DNA of 64,000 nucleotides, taken from assembly GCA_947584535.1 (NCBI GenBank), contig CANPWO010000001.1, positions 19,816 to 83,815 on the forward strand. The letters run 5' to 3'. A model generated the notes under the pieces. That model was not told the origin of the DNA and made no database searches. It was given only the letters and a program-made list of their open reading frames with translations. The position numbers were made by a program, and so were the translations under genes. Shown piece after piece: positions 20,724-30,639 of this stretch. Origin of the DNA: an uncultured Clostridia bacterium (GTDB lineage: Bacteria > Bacillota > Clostridia > TANB77 > CAG-465). How positions within the stretch are numbered: the stretch's first letter is position 1; each line of letters begins with the position of its first letter.

Positions 20724-21247
20724 AATACTCTCCTTTTTTCAAAATCATATAAGCAAGTTTTATTAGTAGCCAAAGAATGTGGTACATCTATTGCTCTTTG
20801 ATTAGTACTTCCTCTAAATGGAGCTGCAATACTTTTTAATTCTTCTACAAATTTACCATCAATTAATATATCTGTACTTTCAAGTAGTTTCATATAGCCA
20901 TTTTCTTCTGTTGCATTTTCTAGTAAATATTCATATTCAAAGCCAGTATATGTCATTACATCATATCTATTTCTATCAAGTTTTGAAATTAAATTTGCTA
21001 CCTGACCTGCTTGCATAAATGGCTCGCCACCAGAAATAGTTACTCCTTTAAGTAATGGATCTTTCTCTATATCTTTTACTATATCGTTTATATCAACATA
21101 TTTACCACCCTCAAAGTCGTGTGTTTGAGGATTATGGCAACCTTTACATTTATGAGGGCAACCTTGTGTGAACACTACATACCTAATTCCTGGTCCATCT
21201 ACAATAGACTCTTTAACTATTCCAGATATTTTCAATAAATCTTTCAC
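20711..21247 (-). CDS. nrdG: anaerobic ribonucleoside-triphosphate reductase activating protein (radical SAM)
   Basis: 178 aa. GPGIRYVVFTQGCPHKCKGCHNP cluster motif. Confidence 0.9.
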   Translation of the reverse strand: MKDLLKISGIVKESIVDGPGIRYVVFTQGCPHKCKGCHNPQTHDFEGGKYVDINDIVKDIEKDPLLKGVTISGGEPFMQAGQVANLISKLDRNRYDVMTYTGFEYEYLLENATEENGYMKLLESTDILIDGKFVEELKSIAAPFRGSTNQRAIDVPHSLATNKTCLYDFEKRRVLCNV

Positions 21248-21262
21248 TTTTTAATTCAACTC

Positions 21263-21544
21263 CTAGCCACAGCAAGAACAACTTACATTATGTTTTACTC
21301 TATCTCTTTCTTCTGCTCTTTTTCCGTCATTAAATCTATCTACTGTTCCTACTAAATATCCTGTTATTCTTCTTATTCTCTCAAATGGAGCTGTTTCAAA
21401 TGTATATTTCATATCAACAAAATCTCCGTCAACTGTTAATTCTAAAGTATCTACAACTTCATTTGGGAATTTCTCAGCTAAATATGCTTTATATCCTTCA
21501 ATTTCTTTTTCTTCTAGGTTTCCACCTTTTACCATAACTTTCAT
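21263..21544 (-). CDS. stand-alone NrdD-type glycyl-radical domain protein (93 aa)
   Basis: Has its own GGAG RBS 9 nt before the ATG. Unique N-terminal 53 aa. The C-terminus FERIRRITGYLVGTVDRFNDGKRAEERDRVKHNV is nearly identical to the NrdD C-terminus, including the RRxxGY glycyl-radical site, and is then followed by SCSCCG. Confidence 0.75.
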   Translation of the reverse strand: MKVMVKGGNLEEKEIEGYKAYLAEKFPNEVVDTLELTVDGDFVDMKYTFETAPFERIRRITGYLVGTVDRFNDGKRAEERDRVKHNVSCSCCG

Positions 21545-21593
21545 AATATCAATCTCCTTCTTTATTTATATTTTTTTTATTTAAACACAGTAT

Positions 21594-24035
21594 TTATACA
21601 CTATGTTTTACCCTATCTCTCTCTTCTGCTCTTTTTCCGTCATTAAATCTATCTACTGTTCCTACTAAGTAACCTGTTATTCTTCTTATTCTCTCAAAGC
21701 CTTCATTTTTACCAACATGCTCTTTTCTTCCACATTTTGGACATACATCATTTATAATTCCTGTATATCCACAAACTGGGTCTCTATCAACTGGATGGTT
21801 AATTGCACCATAACCAATTCCATTTTCTTTCATACATCTAACAACAGCTTCAAATGCTTCCATATTTGTAGTTGGATCACCATCAAGTTCAATATAACTT
21901 ATATGTCCACCATTTGTTAAATTATGATATGGAGCTTCTAATTTTATTTTCTCAAATGCATTAATGTTATAATATACTGGAACATGGAAAGAGTTTGTAT
22001 AATACTCTCTATCTGTAACCCCTTCTATAACTCCAAATCTCTTTGCATCCATTTTAACAAATCTTCCTGAAAGTCCTTCAGCTGGTGTAGCAATTAAAGA
22101 GAAATTAAGTCCTGTTTCTTTACCTGCTTCATCCATTCTTTCTCTCATATGACCTATTATTTTAAGTCCTAGTTCTTGTGCCTCTTTACTTTCTCCATGA
22201 TGTTTACCAATTAATGCTTTAAGACATTCTGCAAGTCCTATAAATCCAGTTGTAAGTGTACCATGCTTTAGTACCTCACCAACCTCGTCATTTGGTTTTA
22301 ATTTATCAGAGTCTAACCATACTCCTTGACCCATTAAGAATGGATAATTCATTACTTTCTTTTTAGATTGTATTTTCAATCTATCAAGTAATTGTTCTAT
22401 AACTAAATCAATTTTCTTATCTAATAATTTGAAGAATTCATCTACATCCCCATTTGCAATAATACCAAGTCTTGGCAAATTAATAGATGTAAAGCTTAAA
22501 TTTCCTCTACCACAAGTAACTTCTCTTGTTTTATCGTAATTATTAGCTATAACTCTTGTTCTACAACCCATGTATGCTATTTCTGTATTATAATCACCTG
22601 GTTTATAATATTGTAAATTAAATGGTGCATCAATAAATGAGAAGTTAGGGAATAATCTTTTAGCAGATACTCTACAAGCAAGTTTAAATATATCGTAGTT
22701 TGGTTCTCCTTCATTATAATTTATACCATCTTTAATCTTTAATATTTGTATCGGGAATATTGGAGTTTCACCATTTCCAAGACCAGCATCAGTTGCAAGT
22801 AATACATTTTTCATTACCATTCTTCCCTCTGGTGTTGTATCAAGTCCATAGTTAATACTACTAAATGGAACTTGTGCACCAGCTCTTGAATGCATTGTAT
22901 TTAAATTATGTATAAATCCTTCCATTGCTTGATATGTAGCTCTATCTACTTCTTTTTCAGTATATTTTACTGTAAATTTTTGAATTTTATCTGCAAGTCT
23001 TTTTCCAAACTTTTCAGTTAATATCTTACTTTCTTCTTGTAAATATTTACTTGTATTGTGTAAAGTTGGATATATATGTTTTTCATTATATATTTTTTCT
23101 GTTATTTTTTTAGCAATATTTTCTGAATCATTTTCTTTGATTAAATCTTCTACTGCTTGTCTTAATGTAAGTACACTTTCAACACTTGGTGTAACATCTT
23201 TTTCTTCTTTTACTTTTTCAAGTATTGAGTCTACAATTTCATCTGCAGTATTTTCTTCAAATAATAACTCAATTGCTTTAGATAAATTACTTAAATATGT
23301 TTTTGCATAACTTTTTCTAACACCAATTGCCATAGCATATTCAAAGTTAGGTATACTTTGTCCACCGTGTTGATCATTTTGATTAGATTGTATAGCTATT
23401 GCTGCAAGTGCTGCATAAGAACCTATACTTTGTGGTTCTCTTAAATGACCTTCTCCTGTTGAGAAACCATTTTTAAATAATTTAATTAAATCAATTTGGC
23501 AACATGTAGTTGTTAATGTTAAAAAGTCTAAATCATGTATATGTATATCTCCATTTATATGCGCATCAGCATGTTCTTTCTTTAGTACAAACATTTGATA
23601 GAATTTCTTAGCACCTTCACTACCATATTTTAACATTGTTCCCATTGCAGTATCTGCATTAACATTTGCATTTTCTCTTTTTACATTACTATCTTTTGCA
23701 TCTTTAAATGTTAATTGTTCATATATTTTCATTATCTCAGAGTTCATTTCTCTTTTTTGAGTTCTTTCAGCTCTATATAAAATATATGCTTTGGCAGTTG
23801 CTGCGTGTCCTTCTTCTATTAAAACTTTTTCAACAGCATCTTGAACTTGTTCTACTGATGGATATTCAACTTTTAATTCTTTTTCTAAGTAATCGCAAAC
23901 TTTACTTGCAAGTTCTTGTGCTTCTTTGTAATTTTCTCCTCCAACAGAAACTGCTGCTTGATAAATTGCATTTGAAATTTTCTCAATATTAAAAGGTACC
24001 ATTCTACCGTCTCTTTTAAGGATCTTAGTTATCAT
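21594..24035 (-). CDS. nrdD: anaerobic ribonucleoside-triphosphate reductase (class III RNR)
   Basis: N-terminal ATP-cone (ITKILKRDGRMVPFNIEKI). C-terminal Cys cluster (CGYTGIINDVCPKCG) and glycyl-radical motif RIRRITGYLVG. Start placed at ATG 24035, downstream of the GGGGTGG RBS. Confidence 0.95.
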   Translation of the reverse strand: MITKILKRDGRMVPFNIEKISNAIYQAAVSVGGENYKEAQELASKVCDYLEKELKVEYPSVEQVQDAVEKVLIEEGHAATAKAYILYRAERTQKREMNSEIMKIYEQLTFKDAKDSNVKRENANVNADTAMGTMLKYGSEGAKKFYQMFVLKKEHADAHINGDIHIHDLDFLTLTTTCCQIDLIKLFKNGFSTGEGHLREPQSIGSYAALAAIAIQSNQNDQHGGQSIPNFEYAMAIGVRKSYAKTYLSNLSKAIELLFEENTADEIVDSILEKVKEEKDVTPSVESVLTLRQAVEDLIKENDSENIAKKITEKIYNEKHIYPTLHNTSKYLQEESKILTEKFGKRLADKIQKFTVKYTEKEVDRATYQAMEGFIHNLNTMHSRAGAQVPFSSINYGLDTTPEGRMVMKNVLLATDAGLGNGETPIFPIQILKIKDGINYNEGEPNYDIFKLACRVSAKRLFPNFSFIDAPFNLQYYKPGDYNTEIAYMGCRTRVIANNYDKTREVTCGRGNLSFTSINLPRLGIIANGDVDEFFKLLDKKIDLVIEQLLDRLKIQSKKKVMNYPFLMGQGVWLDSDKLKPNDEVGEVLKHGTLTTGFIGLAECLKALIGKHHGESKEAQELGLKIIGHMRERMDEAGKETGLNFSLIATPAEGLSGRFVKMDAKRFGVIEGVTDREYYTNSFHVPVYYNINAFEKIKLEAPYHNLTNGGHISYIELDGDPTTNMEAFEAVVRCMKENGIGYGAINHPVDRDPVCGYTGIINDVCPKCGRKEHVGKNEGFERIRRITGYLVGTVDRFNDGKRAEERDRVKHSV

Positions 24036-24071
24036 AATAATACCACCCCTTGTATACATCCTTTCTCTTAA

Positions 24072-24087
24072 ACACAATATGTTGTGT
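24072..24087. promoter_or_regulatory. NrdR-box-like palindrome upstream of nrdD
   Basis: ACACAATATGTTGTGT is a near-perfect 16-bp palindrome of the acaCwAtATaTwGtgt type, 37-52 nt upstream of the nrdD start. Confidence 0.6.
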
Positions 24088-24345
24088 TTTTAACTAGTTT
24101 GATTATAGCACTAAAAAAAATATGTGTCAACACTTTTTTTATAAAAAATTTAAAAAAATTTTGACATTTTTTTACAGTATTTTCAGCTGTAATTTTACAA
24201 GGTTTTTTAACTACATAAGCTCATTACTTTATAATGTAACATAAGTGTAAATTTTAATTATGTATTTATTTTATGTTTGAGAATATGCATGATTTTTATA
24301 TATAAAAAAAGATGAAATAGAATTAACTATCTCATCATTTTTTAA

Positions 24346-24684
24346 TTATATTAATTCGATAAAAATACCTAAGCATCCATATTTACTTATATCCTCAGCT
24401 GAATAATATGTAGTATCTTTAACTGCATCTTCTGGTGTTTTATACTTTTTATATAGATACATATCAAAAGTATCACTATACATATCAAGTAAAGTATTAT
24501 AATGTTTTAAATCTGTTACTTTAACTTTTATGCTTTCATCTTCAAGTGGTCTTTTTATAAAAGTTATAGTATCTCCTACTTTTATTTTTTGCCTTTTTTC
24601 ATCATTTAGTCTATACTCTACTTTTTTCTTACCATTTTTTATAAGATTAAATGGCTCTACATCAAGTCTCATTATATGTTCCAT
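24346..24684 (-). CDS. ASCH (PUA-like) domain protein
   Basis: 112 aa. MRLDVEPFNLIKNGKKKVEYRLNDEKRQKIKVGDTITF is the usual ASCH N-terminal beta-barrel pattern. Confidence 0.6.
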   Translation of the reverse strand: MEHIMRLDVEPFNLIKNGKKKVEYRLNDEKRQKIKVGDTITFIKRPLEDESIKVKVTDLKHYNTLLDMYSDTFDMYLYKKYKTPEDAVKDTTYYSAEDISKYGCLGIFIELI

Positions 24685-24742
24685 TTTTTTACTCCAATCT
24701 ATTTTTATATTTTAACTATATATTATTTCTTGCTTTACAAAA

Positions 24743-25264
24743 TTATAAAACGCTATTTATTATCATATCATTATAGTTCTTACCAATTTTTTTGTATATA
24801 CTTTGTACTTCTTCTAAAGAAATAGATTCAAAATACCATTCATAATAACCTAAATAATACTTACTCTTTTTAAAAAGAGCTACTCTGCCTTCAACTGTCC
24901 ATAAATCTATTATTTCTTCTTCAGATACATTTACATTTTTATTTAGTTTTTTAAAACCTAATTGTTGTAAATCTAAAATTGAATTTAAAGTTGCAACACT
25001 TTTATATGAACATGGCTTTATATTTTGAGTACTTTCAATATAATCAGTTAAATAAGATAAAACTTTAAATGCATCCTCACGACTCATCCCATTTGGTAGC
25101 GTAAATAAATCAAAGGGCCAATCAACAGTCCTATATTTGCTTGTATTATCCTCTGTTCTGTAATAATTAATATAATGTAATCTATATATTTTTTGATTAC
25201 CTAAAGTATGATTTTCAAAATCTGCCTCGAACTCATCTGCTAGTTTTACTGGTAAATTAAACAT
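24743..25264 (-). CDS. hypothetical protein
   Basis: ORF only. Start placed at MFNLPVKL, after a GGAGG RBS. Confidence 0.5.
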   Translation of the reverse strand: MFNLPVKLADEFEADFENHTLGNQKIYRLHYINYYRTEDNTSKYRTVDWPFDLFTLPNGMSREDAFKVLSYLTDYIESTQNIKPCSYKSVATLNSILDLQQLGFKKLNKNVNVSEEEIIDLWTVEGRVALFKKSKYYLGYYEWYFESISLEEVQSIYKKIGKNYNDMIINSVL

Positions 25265-25386
25265 AGATATTCCTCCTTGCATAATTATTAAGGTATTAAA
25301 AAACTAATTATGACAAGATTATACCACTGTATATTCAAAATATCAAGTATAAAAAAAAAAGAAGTACATTTCTTCTTTTTTTCTAT

Positions 25387-25461
25387 TGGCAGGGGCAGAA
25401 GGAATCGAACCCTCATCAAAAGTTTTGGAGACTTCTATATTAACCATTATACGATGCCCCT
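25387..25461 (-). tRNA. tRNA-Trp (anticodon CCA)
   Basis: Reverse strand reads AGGGGCATCGTATAATGGTTAATATAGAAGTCTCCAAAACTTTTGATGAGGGTTCGATTCCTTCTGCCCCTGCCA. It folds as a cloverleaf with anticodon loop CU-CCA-AA, a GGTTCGATTCC T-arm and an encoded CCA end. Confidence 0.9.
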
Positions 25462-25604
25462 ATATATTGTTACAATAACTAACATTTATTATTGTAACAT
25501 TTTATTTTATATTTTGCAATATATTTTATGCTAATTTTATTAATTTAAACTTTGTATAGTCACATGATACCATTATATATTCTACATTATTAATTATTCC
25601 TTCT

Positions 25605-26231
25605 TTAACCATAAAATGTCCGTATCCGATGTAAATGACCATATATACATTTTTTAACATTATACTCTTGTAATATTTCTTGATAATTTGATATAAACGG
25701 TGGAAAATGCATAGCTACGATTATATCTTTATTATTTTTCTCTTGCAATTTTTTGCCTTCATCAAGAGATAATCTAAGCCTTATCTTTTCTCTTTCTATT
25801 ATCTTTTTATCAAGTGCTTTATCAGAGCCTTCTGTATTTCCCCAACCTCTTGTTCCACAAAGTATATACTTTCCTATATCAATAGCATTATTGTGCAGAA
25901 TAGAAATAGTATCTAAATTATTTTGCTTTAAAAAATTTTCAAGTTTTGTCTTAGTAGAAAAATAATAATCGTGATTTCCTCTTAATATAATTTTCTTACC
26001 TGGCAAGTCGTTTATATACTTAAAGTCTGGTAAAGTTTCAGTTAAAGTCATTCCCCAAGATATATCTCCTGGAATTATTACTATATCATCAGGTTTTACT
26101 ATTTCTCTCCAGTTTTTTTCTATTTTTTTTTCATAATCTTGCCAAGTCTTACCAAATATATTCATAGGTTTATCTACACCAAAAGATAAATGCAGGTCAG
26201 ATATCGCAAATATACTCAAATTAATACTCAT
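25605..26231 (-). CDS. metallophosphoesterase (calcineurin-like)
   Basis: 208 aa. Motifs ISDLHL, PGDISWG, RGNHDYY and GHLH. Confidence 0.8.
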   Translation of the reverse strand: MSINLSIFAISDLHLSFGVDKPMNIFGKTWQDYEKKIEKNWREIVKPDDIVIIPGDISWGMTLTETLPDFKYINDLPGKKIILRGNHDYYFSTKTKLENFLKQNNLDTISILHNNAIDIGKYILCGTRGWGNTEGSDKALDKKIIEREKIRLRLSLDEGKKLQEKNNKDIIVAMHFPPFISNYQEILQEYNVKKCIYGHLHRIRTFYG

Positions 26232-26247
26232 CTCCTACCTATATAAT

Positions 26248-27249
26248 TTATTCACCAATTTTTAAATTTGCCTTTGCATTTAAGTCTAGTTTATCTTTTA
26301 TATTATATGCTTTGTTATTGATAAAGTTATAGTATGCAGCACAAGCTACCATAGCTGCATTATCTGTACAGTATTTTAAATCAGGCATATATGCTACAAA
26401 ATTATTCTTTTTTGCTTCTTCTTCTAACATTTTTCTAAGTAATCTATTTGCAGATACACCACCTGCTAAAACTACTTTTGTTATATTTTTTTCTTTCATT
26501 ACCTTAATTGTATTTTCTACAAGTTCTTCACATACAGTTTGCTCAAATGAAGCACACATATTAGCAATATTTAATTTTTTTCCTTCTTTATGTGCAATAT
26601 TTATTACCGCTGTTTTTATACCACTAAAACTAAAATCGTAATTTTCAAATTTAGTTTTTGGAAGTATATATGTAGCTTGTCCACTTTCTGCACATTTACT
26701 TATCTCAGGTCCACCTGGATAGCCAAGTCCTAAAGTTCTTGCTACTTTATCAAATGCTTCACCAACAGCATCATCCCTTGTTTTGCCAAGTATTTCAAAC
26801 TCTGTATAATCTTTTACAAATATAATATGAGAATGTCCCCCTGATACAACAAGTGCAATAAATGGTGGTTTTAAATCTTTATGTGTTATATAATTTGCTG
26901 CAATATGACCTTCAATATGATGTGTTGGAACTATTGGTATATTTAATGCATAAGCAAGTGATTTAGCATATGATACACCTACAAGTAAAGCACCTATTAG
27001 ACCTGGACCATGTGTAACTCCTATATAGTCTAAATCTTTAAAACTAATACCAGCCTCTTTCATTGCTTCATTTACAACATATGATATATTAGTTAAATGC
27101 TTACGAGATGCAATTTCTGGAACTACACCACCATATTCTTTATGTATTTCTATTTGAGTTGATACTATATTTGAAAGAACTTCTCTATTATCTTTAAGTA
27201 TAGCAACTGATGTTTCATCACAGCTTGATTCAATTGTTAACCCCAACAT
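26248..27249 (-). CDS. tsaD: tRNA N6-adenosine threonylcarbamoyltransferase
   Basis: 333 aa. LGLTIESSCDETSVAI, HHIEGHI and LAGGVSAN motifs. Confidence 0.95.
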   Translation of the reverse strand: MLGLTIESSCDETSVAILKDNREVLSNIVSTQIEIHKEYGGVVPEIASRKHLTNISYVVNEAMKEAGISFKDLDYIGVTHGPGLIGALLVGVSYAKSLAYALNIPIVPTHHIEGHIAANYITHKDLKPPFIALVVSGGHSHIIFVKDYTEFEILGKTRDDAVGEAFDKVARTLGLGYPGGPEISKCAESGQATYILPKTKFENYDFSFSGIKTAVINIAHKEGKKLNIANMCASFEQTVCEELVENTIKVMKEKNITKVVLAGGVSANRLLRKMLEEEAKKNNFVAYMPDLKYCTDNAAMVACAAYYNFINNKAYNIKDKLDLNAKANLKIGE

Positions 27250-27262
27250 ATTAATTTATCTC

Positions 27263-27916
27263 CTATAAAAATAAAATTAAATTAAGTAATCTAAGAGTTA
27301 GATTTACAATAGGTGTTATTATATATCCACCTATTCCTGTTATTAAAAATATAAGTATAATATAAAAAGAATACTTTTCTAAAGAGTACATTATACCTTT
27401 AAACTTTGTAGGTAAAAAGTAAAATAAAACTTTTGACCCATCAAAAGGTGGTATTGGTAACATATTAAATATGAAAAATACTACATTAAATTGTATACCT
27501 AAAACTAGCATATTAGTAAGTATATTTCCAGTAGTAGTAGAAATAGCCATATCAACAACTCCAGTCATCATACATATTTTAAGTATAATTGTAAATATAA
27601 TTGCTAATATAAAATTTGCAACTGGTCCTGCAAGTGCAGTTAGCATATTTCCTCTAGCTCTATTTTTAAAATTTCTATCATCAACTATAACAGGTTTACC
27701 CCAACCAAAACCAAGTAATGCAATACATATAAAGCCCCATATATCTATATGTGCAAACGGATTCATTGTCATTCTTCCATATGCTTTTTGGCTTTTATCA
27801 CCTAGTTTATATGCTACAAATGCATGTGCATATTCATGTATTGATAAACATACAAGTAAAACTGGTAAAAAATATAAAAAAGAAATTAAACCTTCTCTTG
27901 AAAATATGTTAAACAA
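27263..27916 (-). CDS. site-2 protease family (peptidase M50) membrane metalloprotease
   Basis: 217 aa, polytopic. HEYAHAF zinc motif and a later NMLPIPPFDGS motif. Confidence 0.8.
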   Translation of the reverse strand: MFNIFSREGLISFLYFLPVLLVCLSIHEYAHAFVAYKLGDKSQKAYGRMTMNPFAHIDIWGFICIALLGFGWGKPVIVDDRNFKNRARGNMLTALAGPVANFILAIIFTIILKICMMTGVVDMAISTTTGNILTNMLVLGIQFNVVFFIFNMLPIPPFDGSKVLFYFLPTKFKGIMYSLEKYSFYIILIFLITGIGGYIITPIVNLTLRLLNLILFL

Positions 27917-28168
27917 AATATACTCACTCCTCTTTTTTTATTACTAAATAATTATAACATAGACAGTAAAATATGTAAAGATATTTTATACTAAATAATA
28001 TATTCTATCCTTTTATTTAATATACTTTTTTATCAACTTATACAACATAAAAAATAATTAAAGAATATTATTTAAATGCAACTTATTTAAAAATGTTACA
28101 TTTATTTGCATAAAAAGAAATAAAGTTAATATATTGGTATTAAGAAAATTATAACGTGGAGGTATAAG

Positions 28169-29650
28169 ATGAAAAAAGAAGATATTTATAAAGATATATC
28201 AACAAGAACAAATGGTGATATATATATTGGAGTAGTAGGACCAGTTAGAACAGGAAAATCTACATTTATTAAAAATTTCATGGAAAATTTCGTTATACCA
28301 AATATAGATAATGACTATAAAAGAGATAGAGCTAAAGACGAACTTCCACAAAGTTCAGCAGGTAAAACTATAATGACTACAGAGCCTAAATTTGTACCAA
28401 ATGAATCAGTTGAAATTACTCTTGATAATAATGTTAAGTTTAAAACAAGATTAGTAGATTGCGTAGGTTATCTAGTAAATGGTGCTGTTGGACATATGGA
28501 AGACGATATGCCAAGAATGGTAAGAACTCCATGGTCAGATGAAGAATTACCATTTTCAAAGGCTGCTGAAATAGGTACAGAGAAAGTTATAAAAGATCAT
28601 TCAACTATTGGTATAGTAGTTACAACTGATGGAAGTATAACTGATATTGATAGAGATTCATATGTTGATGCAGAAACTAGAGTTATATCTGAACTTAAAG
28701 AATTAGATAAACCATTTGTAGTTTTACTTAATTCTATTCATCCAGATAGCGAAGAAACAAGAAGTTTAGCATTAGAACTAGAGCAAAAACATAATGCTTC
28801 TGTACTTCCTATGGATATAGCTAATATGGGTGAAAAAGAACTTGGTGAAGTATTTGAAAGAGTACTTGAAGAATTCCCTGTAACTGAAATTGGCTTTAAA
28901 CTTCCTGATTGGTTTAGTATACTTGATTTTAACCATTGGCTAAAACAAGATATTATAAATATTATCAAAGAAAGTTTTGAGGAAAATTATTCATTAAGAG
29001 AAATACAAGATTTAATTAATAAAATTTCTGCTGAAAATGATATATTTGATAATATTTCTGTAGATACTGCTAAAATGGAAGATGGTACAATAAAAGTTAG
29101 AATGGATATAAGTAAGACAATATTCTATAAAATATTAACTGAAATGTCTAATTTTGATATTAATTCAGATAAAGATATATTTGAATTACTTAAAGACTTT
29201 TCTAAAACTAAACAAGAGTATGATAAAATTGCTATAGCTCTTGAAGAAGTTAGAATAAAAGGTTATGGAATTGTTACTCCTCAAATGGATGAATTAACAC
29301 TTGAAGAACCTGAAATAGTTAAACAAGGTAATAAATACGGTGTTAAATTAAAGGCCAGTGCTCCATCAATACACATGATCCGCGCAGACATAGAAACCGA
29401 AGTCTCACCTATTGTTGGAAGTGAAAAACAGTCTGAAGATTTAGTTAAATACCTACTAAGTGAATTTGAAAATGATCCTAAGAAAATTTGGCAATCTAAT
29501 ATATTTGGAAAATCACTTCATGAACTAGTAAATGAGGGACTTCATAACAAACTTTATCGTATGCCAGATGAGGCACAAATGAAACTACAAGAAACTCTAC
29601 AAAAAATAATAAACGAAGGTAGTGGCGGACTAATTTGCATTATACTATAG
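28169..29650 (+). CDS. spoIVA: stage IV sporulation protein A (spore coat morphogenetic ATPase)
   Basis: 493 aa. N-terminus DIYIGVVGPVRTGKSTFIKNFME (Walker A). The full length and C-terminus are typical of SpoIVA. Confidence 0.95.
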   Translation: MKKEDIYKDISTRTNGDIYIGVVGPVRTGKSTFIKNFMENFVIPNIDNDYKRDRAKDELPQSSAGKTIMTTEPKFVPNESVEITLDNNVKFKTRLVDCVGYLVNGAVGHMEDDMPRMVRTPWSDEELPFSKAAEIGTEKVIKDHSTIGIVVTTDGSITDIDRDSYVDAETRVISELKELDKPFVVLLNSIHPDSEETRSLALELEQKHNASVLPMDIANMGEKELGEVFERVLEEFPVTEIGFKLPDWFSILDFNHWLKQDIINIIKESFEENYSLREIQDLINKISAENDIFDNISVDTAKMEDGTIKVRMDISKTIFYKILTEMSNFDINSDKDIFELLKDFSKTKQEYDKIAIALEEVRIKGYGIVTPQMDELTLEEPEIVKQGNKYGVKLKASAPSIHMIRADIETEVSPIVGSEKQSEDLVKYLLSEFENDPKKIWQSNIFGKSLHELVNEGLHNKLYRMPDEAQMKLQETLQKIINEGSGGLICIIL

Positions 29651-29736
29651 TATTAAATATATATTACTAGTGATGTAAAATTCACTAGCCAAAAAAGATA
29701 TAGAAAGTAAATATTATACTAACTATATCTTTTTTT

Positions 29737-30390
29737 TTATTTAAAAAATACCCTATATATAATTTCAAAAACATTAGTACCAGTAAAAATCGAAACTAGT
29801 AAGAAAAATAATAAACACGCTATAATTATTCCAATTATTTTTGTAATAAATACTAAGAATGTATGAATATAACCTTCAGATATACTTTTTGATGGTCTAT
29901 TCGGGTTATAGAAATTTTGAATTTTTTCAAATGTATTTTTAGGATTATCATGATAAGTATACTCTGTTTGATCTGTATGCTCACTAACTTCATCATAGTT
30001 TTTTACATCATCATACTTGAATTTTTCATGAGTATTATTCATGCTATTTTCATATTCTGATAGATCCATACCACCTAAAAAATGGTCTATTATTTGCTCT
30101 TTCTCATATAATTTATTTTTTAGTTCTTCAATTTGCTTTCTAAGTAATTGTTCACTTTCACTTAACGAACCTTCATTTTTTAATTTTTCATCATATTCTT
30201 TACGCTTAACTTCGTCAGATAATACATCATAAGCTTCATTTAATTCTTTAACTTTATTTTCTGCAAAAGCTTTATCTTCTTGTGTAACAGTATCTGGATG
30301 ATATTTTTTAATTTGCATTTTAAATACTTTTTTTATAGTATCAAGTGATGCTTTGTTATTTACCTCTAATATCTCATAATAATCTTTCAT
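29737..30390 (-). CDS. J-domain (DnaJ-like) membrane protein
   Basis: 217 aa. DYYEILEV...KKYHPD J-domain and a C-terminal TM helix. Confidence 0.8.
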   Translation of the reverse strand: MKDYYEILEVNNKASLDTIKKVFKMQIKKYHPDTVTQEDKAFAENKVKELNEAYDVLSDEVKRKEYDEKLKNEGSLSESEQLLRKQIEELKNKLYEKEQIIDHFLGGMDLSEYENSMNNTHEKFKYDDVKNYDEVSEHTDQTEYTYHDNPKNTFEKIQNFYNPNRPSKSISEGYIHTFLVFITKIIGIIIACLLFFLLVSIFTGTNVFEIIYRVFFK

Positions 30391-30639
30391 ACTAACTCCT
30401 ACTTTTCTTGATTTTCATTGTATAATATAACTTTTTAAAAGTCAATATTATATATATTAAAAATAATGTTTATAAAATAGTAAATTAGAGAATTTTGTCG
30501 TTTTTTTATTAAATTTCTAAAAATTGATTGACAAGATTATAAAAAAAAGATATACTAATATGTGCAATATGCAAAATTATACATATAATATTTAGTATTA
30601 TATGTTTTATTTATGTTATTTACGAGGGAGTGAAATTTT

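Noticed and set aside
21263-21544. An interpretation of the small glycyl-radical ORF as an assembly duplication or a truncated nrdD fragment.
   Set aside because: It has its own RBS and ATG and a unique, well-formed 53-aa N-terminal half. The duplicated 97 nt carries 4 substitutions and has different flanks. This argues for a real, separately translated gene, although read-level confirmation is still advisable.
24109-24126. A second NrdR box (CACTAAAAAAAATATGTG).
   Set aside because: It is a poor palindrome, and its centre-to-centre spacing of about 38 bp to the first box does not fit the usual ~31-32 bp. It is mentioned only as a weak candidate.
25310-25534. A 74-aa plus-strand ORF.
   Set aside because: It overlaps the tRNA-Trp gene (25387..25461) on the opposite strand and has no RBS. 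It is spurious.
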